Of a DNA stretch of 64,000 nt, positions 1 through 8,712 are shown piece after piece. The stretch spans positions 21,951-85,950 of IMG/VR virus record IMGVR_UViG_3300051212_000701. One strand, given 5' to 3'. This DNA comes from a virus. The translations under genes and the position numbers were made by a program. The notes beneath the pieces were generated by a model, which did not search any database, was not told the origin of the DNA, and was given only the letters and a program-made list of their open reading frames with translations. Numbering within the stretch: the stretch's first letter is position 1; each line of letters starts with the position of its first letter.

Positions 1-606
1 ATTCATCTGAATAGGTATTAACAATATCTCTTGTGTATTTTTATTTTCATACAAAAAGAATGCTTCTTTAACATTTCTTAATTTCATGTATGTTAAAAGC
101 TGAAGCATATGATTGCTTGATGGAGCCATTTCTGCCTGTCTGCCATCCCATACTTCTTGTTTAGCAGTTTTAATTTCACCTAAGACTTCTTCGTCGTTCC
201 AGTTAATAACTAGGTCTATAAATCCCCTTATTGGAGGATATTCATTTGTAATTTCAATTTCAGTCTTTACATCTTTTAAAGAGTTTTGCTTAAATAAATC
301 TGAAGATTGATTTGATATTAATTTCTGAAGTCTATCATGTGCTTGTGTTCCATATGCCATATTGGCTATTGCCTGTGCACCGTTGTTATCAATAAAATTT
401 GCACCACTGAATGCCATATACCAATATCTAGGGCAATTGCCGTGCCCATATCCAAAGCTGCTAGGGCTAAATGATTTCTTTGTCATTTCTCCGTCTGGTC
501 TTTTAGTAGCAAGATATGCGTCATCAAGCATTTTAGCAAACTCTTCTACGTTAAATTTACCATCATACTTTTTAAATTTTAAATTTTTTACTATTTCTTT
601 AGCCAT
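1..606 (-). CDS. Cas4-like PD-(D/E)XK exonuclease (3' end runs off window; not in ORF track)
   Basis: Hand translation from ATG at 606: MAKEIVKNLKFKKYDG...FSPSSFGYGHGNCPRYWYMAF...GTQAHDRLQ...RGFIDLV...LGEIKT...HMLQLLTYM. It contains the SPS/CPR, G-x-x-x-H, G-x-I-D, E-I-K and Q-x-x-x-Y motifs. Confidence 0.85.
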   Translation of the reverse strand, partial: MAKEIVKNLKFKKYDGKFNVEEFAKMLDDAYLATKRPDGEMTKKSFSPSSFGYGHGNCPRYWYMAFSGANFIDNNGAQAIANMAYGTQAHDRLQKLISNQSSDLFKQNSLKDVKTEIEITNEYPPIRGFIDLVINWNDEEVLGEIKTAKQEVWDGRQAEMAPSSNHMLQLLTYMKLRNVKEAFFLYENKNTQEILLIPIQMN

Positions 607-937
607 TATAACGAACGACATACTTGAGGGCATCCACAAGTTTATCTATCGACTCCTTTGCCGAATAATATATATTCTTTTTATTGTTGTTTACTGTTCC
701 AGCTTTGTCTTTGGCAATAGTAGAGTATACAGAAGCCATCATAGAGAATTTAGTTGACATTGCTTGCAACTCAATAATTAAATGAGGAGCTTTTGCCGCA
801 GGAACATCTGGATTCATTAAAAGTTTTACAACAATTGCCAAGGCCCTGTCCAGTTGCTCGTCTTTCATGTATTCATGCAGATCATTAAATTCAGTAATCT
901 GATTAATTAATTCTAACGTATTTTTATCTTCCGCCAT
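599..937 (-). CDS. hypothetical phage protein (helical)
   Basis: 112-aa ORF overlapping its neighbours in the operon. Confidence 0.75.
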   Translation of the reverse strand: MAEDKNTLELINQITEFNDLHEYMKDEQLDRALAIVVKLLMNPDVPAAKAPHLIIELQAMSTKFSMMASVYSTIAKDKAGTVNNNKKNIYYSAKESIDKLVDALKYVVRYNG

Positions 938-1037
938 CTTTATACCTCTTATCTAATTTATTAATAAATAATCCAAATGGATATCCGATCACAAATCCTA
1001 TTCCTATTCCCATCATCAAAATTGCAATAGTGTTCAT
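924..1037 (-). CDS. small single-pass membrane protein (37 aa; not in ORF track)
   Basis: MNTIAILMMGIGIGFVIGYPFGLFINKLDKRYKDGGR; TAATG overlap with the upstream gene. Confidence 0.6.
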   Translation of the reverse strand: MNTIAILMMGIGIGFVIGYPFGLFINKLDKRYKDGGR

Positions 1038-1192
1038 TATATAATCCTTGTTACTAAAGCATAACCAATCCAGAGACCAACAATGCCCATCAATCCAGCA
1101 AATACTGGGGGCGCTGGAATAGGCAATTTAAATGCACTAAATACGCCACCAACCACTGCGCCTACCAAAGTTGTCATAACAATGTCTCTCAT
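1037..1192 (-). CDS. XapX/DUF1427-domain small membrane protein (51 aa; not in ORF track)
   Basis: MRDIVMTTLVGAVVGGVFSAFKLPIPAPPVFAGLMGIVGLWIGYALVTRII: two hydrophobic helices around LPIPAPP, the XapX signature. Confidence 0.8.
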   Translation of the reverse strand: MRDIVMTTLVGAVVGGVFSAFKLPIPAPPVFAGLMGIVGLWIGYALVTRII

Positions 1193-1338
1193 TTTTTACT
1201 ATCCTTAGAATCTTTTTCTTTAGGCCATGGCCCTAGGTCAGCTTTAACTGTACCATCTTTTCTAAGTCTTACAATTCTTCCATTCTTAATTTGAGTGTCA
1301 TTAAATGGATAGCTTGCTCTTCTTTGCCCACTAGACAT
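1189..1338 (-). CDS. small basic hypothetical protein (49 aa; not in ORF track)
   Basis: MSSGQRRASYPFNDTQIKNGRIVRLRKDGTVKADLGPWPKEKDSKDSKK; fills the gap and has an ATGA overlap with the next gene. Confidence 0.65.
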   Translation of the reverse strand: MSSGQRRASYPFNDTQIKNGRIVRLRKDGTVKADLGPWPKEKDSKDSKK

Positions 1339-1639
1339 TATTATTTTCCCAACATTCTACTAGTTGTTCAAGCAGTGACCATTCGATTACTGCAAGTCTC
1401 GTTTTGCTATTGTCTTTGCCAAGGACGAGTTTGAGTACAGGATATTTATCCCTACTAACCTTAAAAGTGTCTGTACATATTTTTGACCACATAGTTTGCG
1501 AAACAGAGATTGTTTTTTCGTACTCTTTATAATCCACCACAAAAGTTCGCCACTGAGCGTCACCCTTCTGATAATTACCACGTCCACTATTTTTTTGTTG
1601 TTTTGCGCCATCTCGTTTTGCTTCCGATCTTTCTGACAT
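1331..1639 (-). CDS. Holliday junction resolvase (Hjc-like PD-(D/E)XK)
   Basis: N-terminal E, SGRG..KGD and VDYK catalytic pattern; 102 aa; lies downstream of recA. Confidence 0.7.
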   Translation of the reverse strand: MSERSEAKRDGAKQQKNSGRGNYQKGDAQWRTFVVDYKEYEKTISVSQTMWSKICTDTFKVSRDKYPVLKLVLGKDNSKTRLAVIEWSLLEQLVECWENNNV

Positions 1640-1827
1640 TATCCTACCTTAAATTGATTAGCGTGTCCATCTGGACACGTCCAAGAAATTATTAATGTGG
1701 CAGGGTCCCAGAAAGCTTCTTGAGCGTCTTTGTCACATTTACCACATGGCTTTATACCAGGGATGTTTTCTAATTCTGCTCTATGAATTATTTCTGGCTT
1801 GTTAAAAAACTCATTAAGATTTGGCAT
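1639..1827 (-). CDS. small zinc-ribbon protein
   Basis: CGKC...WTCPDGH. Confidence 0.65.
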   Translation of the reverse strand: MPNLNEFFNKPEIIHRAELENIPGIKPCGKCDKDAQEAFWDPATLIISWTCPDGHANQFKVG

Positions 1828-2818
1828 TTATTTCTTTCTTTAGCTTGTCGACGATATCTGGATTATCACGAAGGTATTGCACTGCCTTTGCCCGTCCTTG
1901 TAATCTTTCCCCATCCACGGTGTACCAAGCGCCACCTTTTTCCACGACTCCGCACATTTCGGCAACATCAAGAGTTTCTCCGACACCATCTACACCAACA
2001 TTCTCACCTTGGTAGTAGAAGTCGTATTGCCCCGAAAGATTAGGGGGTGAGACTTTGCTGTAATCAACAATCCAGTTAACTGGTCGTCCGACTCTTTGTT
2101 CGATAATTTTGTCGCCAACTTTAACGCCAGCTTTAATAGCATTAGCCTCAGCTTCAGACGACCATAGTTTAACGACAGTGGTACTGAAGAACTTGACAGC
2201 CATTCCACCTGTGGGGATGTGACTAGCATGCATAGATCCAAACTGATTTCGTTGTTGTGAGATGAGAACAAGTAGTGTGTTTTTGTTTGCATAATTTAAC
2301 ATTTTGACTGCGTGAGTCATATCCTTTGCTTCAGCGCCGATCTGCTTAGTATCTTGCAGATCTTTTAATTCATTACCGTCTTTTTCAAAATAGATTGCAG
2401 GAAGCAATGCTGAAATAGAATCAACAACAATTAGATCTACATCCGCTTCCATTAGTTTAGTAGCAACATCAACCATATCATTTACTGTTTTGGCTGGAGA
2501 GTAAATTAATTTTTCTGAATCTACTCCTAATTGTTCTGCCCAAGCTGGATCATATGATGCTTCTGCATCAATCCATGCACAAGTCTTTCCTTCTTTTTGT
2601 GCTAATGCAATCATCTGTAGGCAGAAAGATGACTTGCCAGCAGACTTGTTTCCCCAAACAAGAACTTGACGACCATACGGCAAGCCTCCACGCAACGCCA
2701 TGTTAAGACCTATGCTGGGCGTGGCCTGCTTGTGTACCTGCACTTCTTGTGCTGACTGAACTCTTGCTCTTGTTTTTGGATCTAGTTTTGCTAAGACATC
2801 GTCTAATACTATTGTCAT
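1814..2818 (-). CDS. recA: RecA/UvsX-like recombinase
   Basis: GGLPYGR, Walker A GNKSAGKS, WIDAE, Walker B LIVVDS, TGGMAVKFFS, KGGAWY. Confidence 0.95.
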   Translation of the reverse strand: MTIVLDDVLAKLDPKTRARVQSAQEVQVHKQATPSIGLNMALRGGLPYGRQVLVWGNKSAGKSSFCLQMIALAQKEGKTCAWIDAEASYDPAWAEQLGVDSEKLIYSPAKTVNDMVDVATKLMEADVDLIVVDSISALLPAIYFEKDGNELKDLQDTKQIGAEAKDMTHAVKMLNYANKNTLLVLISQQRNQFGSMHASHIPTGGMAVKFFSTTVVKLWSSEAEANAIKAGVKVGDKIIEQRVGRPVNWIVDYSKVSPPNLSGQYDFYYQGENVGVDGVGETLDVAEMCGVVEKGGAWYTVDGERLQGRAKAVQYLRDNPDIVDKLKKEINAKS

Positions 2819-2842
2819 TTATTTATCTTTTCTCTTTCTACC

Positions 2843-2851
2843 ATTATACCA
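2843..2851 (-). promoter_or_regulatory. extended -10 promoter (TGGTATAAT) for recA
   Basis: Consensus TGnTATAAT in a 34-bp intergenic gap. Confidence 0.65.
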
Positions 2852-2852
2852 T

Positions 2853-3200
2853 TTAGAACAGGTTGCCGTGAAGTCTTGGCCTGTCTTTATTTATATTTAT
2901 TTTTTTATCAAGTATTTCGTCTAAGCTGTGCTCTACAGCATTGTTGTTTCTCATAGCGGCATACAGATCAAGCGTTCTAATAAGAATGTCAGCAATTTCT
3001 TCTACAATGTGTTCTGAACCTTTGCTTTTTCTTATTGCTTCTAGTACCTCTGTTACTTCAGAATGAATTAAGGCAAGCTTGTTTCCAACCTTATCATTAG
3101 AATAATCTCCGTCCCAAAATCCTTTTTCAATTGCAGTTTCATGCAATATTGCAGACAGGGCGTCTAGTCCATACTCTGTTAATATATCATTCTGATTCAT
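2853..3200 (-). CDS. MazG-like nucleotide pyrophosphohydrolase
   Basis: LIHSEVTEVLEA...EEIADILIRTLDL motif; start placed at MNQND (3200) to minimise overlap. Confidence 0.85.
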   Translation of the reverse strand: MNQNDILTEYGLDALSAILHETAIEKGFWDGDYSNDKVGNKLALIHSEVTEVLEAIRKSKGSEHIVEEIADILIRTLDLYAAMRNNNAVEHSLDEILDKKININKDRPRLHGNLF

Positions 3201-3477
3201 TAGGTAGCTTTTCATCCATAGCATCATCAAAGTTTGCATTATACTCAAGCTCTTCAGGCTTAGGAAGTCTAAAAATAAAATTTGGTCCAGTCTCGTCGTA
3301 GTCTACGACAAGCTCTTTATCTTTATTGTTTGCCTCAAATAATGTTCTAGTAGGCACACTTACCTGACCAATAGTTTCCAGTATTGAGATCAGAACTTTG
3401 CTTGCCGTAAGCTGTGCCTGAACTTCATTAACATCAAACTCTGGTTCTTGTTGTATAGTAATTTGTTGTTCACTCAT
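3187..3477 (-). CDS. hypothetical acidic protein
   Basis: 96-aa ORF, ATGA-coupled to dnaE. Confidence 0.7.
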   Translation of the reverse strand: MSEQQITIQQEPEFDVNEVQAQLTASKVLISILETIGQVSVPTRTLFEANNKDKELVVDYDETGPNFIFRLPKPEELEYNANFDDAMDEKLPNESE

Positions 3478-6400
3478 TTTATTTCCTTTATCATTAGGGT
3501 TCCATCGTCCAACTTGGACAGAACAGCCCTACAATTCATACCCTCTCGCATTTTTGCAAGGGACATCTTATACATACTTGGGAAAGCAATTGCACGTGTA
3601 AGATCTTTATCTTTATTAGACAAAATAATATGGCTCATTGTTTTGCCAGCCTTTGTCACATAAGGAGTAAAGTTTACCACAAAATACTCGTCTTCCGCAA
3701 GGTCATACTGCTTTCTATATAAATAATCTACAAATATATCTTTTGAGTTTGGATCTACATCAGATACTTTTATATATCTAGCAATTCTATTATCGCCTAC
3801 TAAAACAAAATACATCTGTCCTGTTTCTATTTGAGTTTGCTCATTATGAAAAAGACCTATAGATCCTGTTTCATCTACAAGTTCTACTCTTGCCCAACCG
3901 TTTCCTCTTTTAATTGATTTAACCATTCCAAACATTACGAAAGAACCTAGGTCGTCAAACTCTTCGATTGGTCTGGCTTGAGCTTTGATCCTTGGAGGTA
4001 TTCCTTCCAAATTAAATGTAGGTATACCTAAATATTCATAATAATTATCTTTTTCGTTACCAGTTCTTTTGTTATCATCAAATGCTGCTGCGCCAATTGC
4101 ATTCAATGCTGATACTGCTCTACTGTTAATTCCACTGCCCTTCTTAGAAGCCTTGTCTATAAAATCTGAATAATTTTTAAACGGCCTTAGAGCAAGTATT
4201 TTATTTGCAATGCTGTCAGATATAAACTTAATTTCTGCTAATCCAAAAACAATCCTGTCTTCTTTTAAAGAAAAATATAGATCTGATTCGTTTATATGAG
4301 GCAAAGAAACACGAAGACCCAATCTTTTTGCTTCAATTAAGTATTCTGTTCTGGCGTCTTTATCATTTTCGTTTTTAAGAATTGAAAACATGAACTCAAG
4401 AGGATAATACTTCTTAAGCCAAGCAGTGTAATAAGATAGAAGGGAGTAAGCAACAGCATGACTACGATTAAAGGAATAGCCAGCGTGAGCCTCAAACATA
4501 TGCCAAAGCGTCTCTGCTTGTTTCTTAGAAATGTGTTTTGAAGCCCCATCAATAAACTTATCCTTGAACTGGTCAAATTCTTTTGCATCTTTCTTTTTAC
4601 CAATGATCTTGCGAACCTTATCAGCTTCAGACCAAGTCATCCCTCCTAAGTGTACGCAGGCTTGCATAACCTGCTCTTGATATATAATAACACCATATGT
4701 ATTTTCGGTAAAAGGACGCATAATAGGATGAATATACTGTACTGCTTCTTCCCCATGCTTTCTCTTAATATATGAAGACCCCACAGTATTCATAGCTCCT
4801 GGCCTAACCAACGCATTTGATGCTGCTAAATCTTCAAACTTATCTACTCCCATTTTAATCAGGAGATTAGTATATGGGGTTGCTTCTGCTTGAAAAATAC
4901 CCTTTGTATATCCATCGCTTAATGTTTTATATACAGAATCATCATCTAGTTTTAGTAAAGACAGGTCTATGTCTTTACCAGTTCTTTGCTTAATAGACTT
5001 TAATGTATCTGATATAACGGATAATGTTTTTAATCCAAGGGCATCTAACTTTATAAGACCTATATCTGCAACTGTATCCATGTCATATGCCACAACTGGA
5101 ATTCTTCCAGACACTTTGTCCTGTGCGTCTTCACGAGATTCAATTGGAGCGTATTTTCTAATATCATCTTTAGCTACAACAACTCCTGCGGCGTGTACTC
5201 CAACTGATCTAATGCGACCTCTTAGTCTTTCAGCAAGCCACGTCACTTCTGGGTACTTCATTCTAAATTCTTTTGTGTTTGGAGACTCAAGATAATCTTC
5301 AAACGTATCAACCTGCTTTAAGGCACGGTTAACATCAGACAATGGCACCATAAATACACGAGCAGCATCACGAATAACCCCTTTATCCTTAAAATAAGTA
5401 AATGTAGAAATAGATGCAACGTGCTTAAACTTTTTCTTAAGATAATCTTTTACTTCTTTGCGTCGACGATCTTCAAAGTCTGTATCAATATCAGGAAAAT
5501 CATTACGCTCAGGATTAATAAAACGGAAAAATAGCAAATCATATTTAATTGGATCTACATCTGTAATTCCTAGGGCATAGCAGACTAGAGAGCCTGCTGC
5601 CGATCCACGGCCTGGGCCAACCATTATGCCTTCAGTCTTAGCCCAGTTAATCATATCTGCTACTACCAGAAAGTAACTAGCAAAGTTTTTAGACTTAATA
5701 ACTGATAGCTCTTCCTCTAAACGGGCCCTGTAGACCTCATCAGAAGCCTTCTGAAGCCTCTCTAAGCCCTTTTCAGCCAACTCTTGTAGTCTCTTATCAG
5801 CATCAGTTTTAGGAACTGGCAAAAGGTCTAATCCTCGATTAAAATCATATTCTTCTACCTTATTTGAAATTTCAATTGTATTTTCAAATATATCGGCTCT
5901 ATTTATGCCAGCCTTTTTAAAATCAGACTCAATTTCTTCTCGTGACTGAATAAATAAATTATAATTTTGAAACGATATCTTTCTATCTGGATATAGATAA
6001 TTTAATCTTTCTCCAATATCTTTAATATTTCTAGACATATCTATGTCTGCATCTTTATCCATTTTAGGGGATGTAGATAAAATAAGCATAGCTTCTTCTA
6101 GAACTCTATCCTCTTCATTAGCAAAATGAGCATCGCCAGTAGCAACCGCCTTAATTTTTAATTCGTCTGCTAACTCTAAAAGTTTTTCATTTATTTCTTT
6201 TGGATTGTGAGATTGGACCTCAACGTAAAAGTCTTTGCCAAAAGTTTTAGCAAAATCTTTGAGTATAAGTTTTGCTTCTGAGAATTCCTGTTTTTCAATA
6301 GCCTTACTAACAATACCATTAAGGCATCCACTAAGTACAATAATGCCTTCCGCATATTCTTTTAATATCTCTCTATCAATACGTGGCTTATGATAAAAGC

Positions 6401-6743
6401 CTTCGTTCCATGCTAGCTCTTGTAGTGCATGGATATTGTCTAATCCTTTTTGATTTTTTGCAAGCAAGATTATATGATTATATGCTTGAATTGATTTATC
6501 TGTTTTTGATGACCTGTCAAATCTATCTGTTGGAGACAGATATGCCTCAACTCCAAGTATAGGTTTTACTCCTAGATCCCTGCATGCTATCTGCATTTCT
6601 CTATGTGAAGATAAAGTGCCATGGTCTGTTATGGCTATTGCTGTTTGTCCAGCATCTTTTGCTGCTTGTACGAGTTCGGCAGGAGAGTTAAGCCCATCCA
6701 TGAGAGAATAATATGAATGCACATGAAGATGTGTAAATGACAT
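3474..6743 (-). CDS. dnaE: DNA polymerase III alpha subunit (DnaE, family C)
   Basis: PHP domain HLHVHSYYSLMDG/TDHG, GPGRGSAAGS, catalytic PDIDTDF, HAAGVV, YSFNRSHA. Confidence 0.97.
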   Translation of the reverse strand: MSFTHLHVHSYYSLMDGLNSPAELVQAAKDAGQTAIAITDHGTLSSHREMQIACRDLGVKPILGVEAYLSPTDRFDRSSKTDKSIQAYNHIILLAKNQKGLDNIHALQELAWNEGFYHKPRIDREILKEYAEGIIVLSGCLNGIVSKAIEKQEFSEAKLILKDFAKTFGKDFYVEVQSHNPKEINEKLLELADELKIKAVATGDAHFANEEDRVLEEAMLILSTSPKMDKDADIDMSRNIKDIGERLNYLYPDRKISFQNYNLFIQSREEIESDFKKAGINRADIFENTIEISNKVEEYDFNRGLDLLPVPKTDADKRLQELAEKGLERLQKASDEVYRARLEEELSVIKSKNFASYFLVVADMINWAKTEGIMVGPGRGSAAGSLVCYALGITDVDPIKYDLLFFRFINPERNDFPDIDTDFEDRRRKEVKDYLKKKFKHVASISTFTYFKDKGVIRDAARVFMVPLSDVNRALKQVDTFEDYLESPNTKEFRMKYPEVTWLAERLRGRIRSVGVHAAGVVVAKDDIRKYAPIESREDAQDKVSGRIPVVAYDMDTVADIGLIKLDALGLKTLSVISDTLKSIKQRTGKDIDLSLLKLDDDSVYKTLSDGYTKGIFQAEATPYTNLLIKMGVDKFEDLAASNALVRPGAMNTVGSSYIKRKHGEEAVQYIHPIMRPFTENTYGVIIYQEQVMQACVHLGGMTWSEADKVRKIIGKKKDAKEFDQFKDKFIDGASKHISKKQAETLWHMFEAHAGYSFNRSHAVAYSLLSYYTAWLKKYYPLEFMFSILKNENDKDARTEYLIEAKRLGLRVSLPHINESDLYFSLKEDRIVFGLAEIKFISDSIANKILALRPFKNYSDFIDKASKKGSGINSRAVSALNAIGAAAFDDNKRTGNEKDNYYEYLGIPTFNLEGIPPRIKAQARPIEEFDDLGSFVMFGMVKSIKRGNGWARVELVDETGSIGLFHNEQTQIETGQMYFVLVGDNRIARYIKVSDVDPNSKDIFVDYLYRKQYDLAEDEYFVVNFTPYVTKAGKTMSHIILSNKDKDLTRAIAFPSMYKMSLAKMREGMNCRAVLSKLDDGTLMIKEIK

Positions 6744-6764
6744 TAACTCTCCGCCTCTACTCTA

Positions 6765-7436
6765 TTACCAGTCTACGCTGCTGCTAGATGCAGTAGTTTC
6801 GTCTGACTGTCCGCCTTCACCCATGTAAAAGGCTTCTTGTTCTGCATAAGGTACATGTCGTACTGCAGTTTTTTCTAGGTCATACAATTCTAGAGATGAG
6901 AAATCAAATGGTGACTCATCTTTTGCTAGAGGGATAATTGTATAACTTGTGTCTGTCTTAGAACCATTACGCTTGATTCTCCACATCAAGTTTGTAATGC
7001 TTCCCATTTCGCCAGCGTATTCAATTAAGGTAGGTGTAATTGTTTTGCCGCTAGTTCCTTGTGATAGGATTGCAACATACGGATCATTCTTTCCGTCATC
7101 AACTAGTACGTTGATATATAGGCGAGTTCTTGCCTTCCAACCAGCCTTTGGATCCTTGCGATGTTGTTCGTGAGCCCAATCTCGTCCTTCAGTCTCCATT
7201 GTATCAAGAGCCTTGCGACGGTAATCTTTTGGGTTTGTGTGCTCTAGTGCGATAAAACCGCATCCAAGCTTATCATTATAGTTTGGTGAATCTGGATCAA
7301 GCTCCTGTAGGAACCTAATTTTTACGCTTTCGCCGTCTTCAATCTTAAGCCAGCGACCTTTGTTTTCTTCTCCGCCTGAATACACAGGCTTATCAAGTGC
7401 TTTGTTGAGGTCCTTTAGACCCTTTACTATGCTCAT
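6765..7436 (-). CDS. single-stranded DNA-binding protein (gp32-like)
   Basis: WLKIEDGESVKIRFL, IKRNGSKTDTSY and an acidic tail ending in W; lies between primase and polymerase. Confidence 0.75.
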   Translation of the reverse strand: MSIVKGLKDLNKALDKPVYSGGEENKGRWLKIEDGESVKIRFLQELDPDSPNYNDKLGCGFIALEHTNPKDYRRKALDTMETEGRDWAHEQHRKDPKAGWKARTRLYINVLVDDGKNDPYVAILSQGTSGKTITPTLIEYAGEMGSITNLMWRIKRNGSKTDTSYTIIPLAKDESPFDFSSLELYDLEKTAVRHVPYAEQEAFYMGEGGQSDETTASSSSVDW

Positions 7437-7480
7437 TATTTCTCCTTTATAGTTGACGGTATAGATCCGTCTGTATTTTC

Positions 7481-7489
7481 ATTATATCA
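7481..7489 (-). promoter_or_regulatory. extended -10 promoter (TGATATAAT) for ssb/dnaE
   Basis: Consensus match upstream of an AAAGGAG RBS. Confidence 0.65.
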
Positions 7490-8485
7490 TGAGTTCCAGG
7501 ATCTGTATTCAATGTCGGATACAGAATTTTTTATACAGGTCTTTATTTCTTCATCAGTCATATCACCTGCATCTTTTGCTTGATGAGGATATATCTTACC
7601 ATATTCGTAAGAAGCCCACAAGATGTCTTTAAATTTTAATCTTTCAGTAATGCTTTTACCTAGCTCTCTGCCTGCCTGGTCTGCATCTGTCATAATAATA
7701 ATTTTATTAAAATGTCTATTTAATATATTCTGCTGGTCTACAGACAGGAATCCACCTAGTGTGGCTACAACATTAGGAAATCCTGCTTGATGAATTCTAA
7801 TTGCATCAAAATTTGACTCAACAACTATAACCTGATCACCAATCTTTTTTGCTCTGTGTATATTAAATAAAGTTTTGCTCTTTGCAAGATTAGTACTATT
7901 TTTAAATGACTTGCCCTCAATAGATCTTCCAACTAGTCCTATAGGGGTTCCGTCTGGACTGTGAACTGGTGTTGTTACCATGTTCATATTGCTAGAATAT
8001 CCTAGATTAAAGTAATCAATAGAATCTTGATTAATACCTCTTGAATTTAAATAAGCAATTGCTTCATTGCTTACCTTTATATTGTTGTGTAACTTATCAA
8101 GAGTTTCTTGTGAAAACTCATCGAACTCTGGCTTCTCTTCAAATAGATTAGACATGATGTCATCAAAGTTATTTAAAACTTCTGTTTCTTGTGCGGATAT
8201 AAATCTCATTGCTTCAAAGTCATTTTTATGTAACACTCTTCTTACCAGCTCAATTAGTGTGCCTGACTCTCCGCATGAAGGATTAAAGCATAGCCAAGCA
8301 CCTGTGCTTTTATTAATGCAGCAAGAAGCTGTGTGTCTGTTGGAATGAAATGGGCAGTAGAACATAACCTCATTACCTGGTTCCGCCGTAATATCAAGAC
8401 CTAATCCCTTTATGATTGATTTGATATGGTTGGGCGCATACTGCGTGGAATCAATTTTCCTTGCGTTATACCCTCTGACTGCCAT
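7487..8485 (-). CDS. dnaG: DNA primase (DnaG-type, CHC2 zinc finger + TOPRIM)
   Basis: CPFH...CFNPSC, GRSI, VVESNFDA, MTDADQAG, KDAGD; probable start at MAVRG (8485). Confidence 0.92.
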   Translation of the reverse strand: MAVRGYNARKIDSTQYAPNHIKSIIKGLGLDITAEPGNEVMFYCPFHSNRHTASCCINKSTGAWLCFNPSCGESGTLIELVRRVLHKNDFEAMRFISAQETEVLNNFDDIMSNLFEEKPEFDEFSQETLDKLHNNIKVSNEAIAYLNSRGINQDSIDYFNLGYSSNMNMVTTPVHSPDGTPIGLVGRSIEGKSFKNSTNLAKSKTLFNIHRAKKIGDQVIVVESNFDAIRIHQAGFPNVVATLGGFLSVDQQNILNRHFNKIIIMTDADQAGRELGKSITERLKFKDILWASYEYGKIYPHQAKDAGDMTDEEIKTCIKNSVSDIEYRSWNS

Positions 8486-8712
8486 GCCTTTTTCTTTCCT
8501 ACGTATACTCCGTAAAGTGTCATTAAGAACACCCACGTTTGACCATCGAATTCTACAGAAAAGTTAGTGTCTATGTCAAGAACCCTTGCATAGCCTTTGC
8601 CTCTCATGTCATGAGTTAACAAGTTTTCATATTGATACTTTAATCTTGGGATTCCAGCATCGTCATCGAACTCAACTCTTACTTGAAATCTTTTGATCTG
8701 CTTGTGATTCAT
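8410..8712 (-). CDS. hypothetical protein
   Basis: 100-aa ORF bridging helicase and primase and overlapping both. Confidence 0.65.
   Translation of the reverse strand: MNHKQIKRFQVRVEFDDDAGIPRLKYQYENLLTHDMRGKGYARVLDIDTNFSVEFDGQTWVFLMTLYGVYVGKKKAWQSEGITQGKLIPRSMRPTISNQS

Noticed and set aside
1-606. Cas4-like gene as evidence of a CRISPR-Cas system
   Set aside because: Solo Cas4-like nucleases are common in phage recombination modules, and there are no other cas genes or an array in the window.
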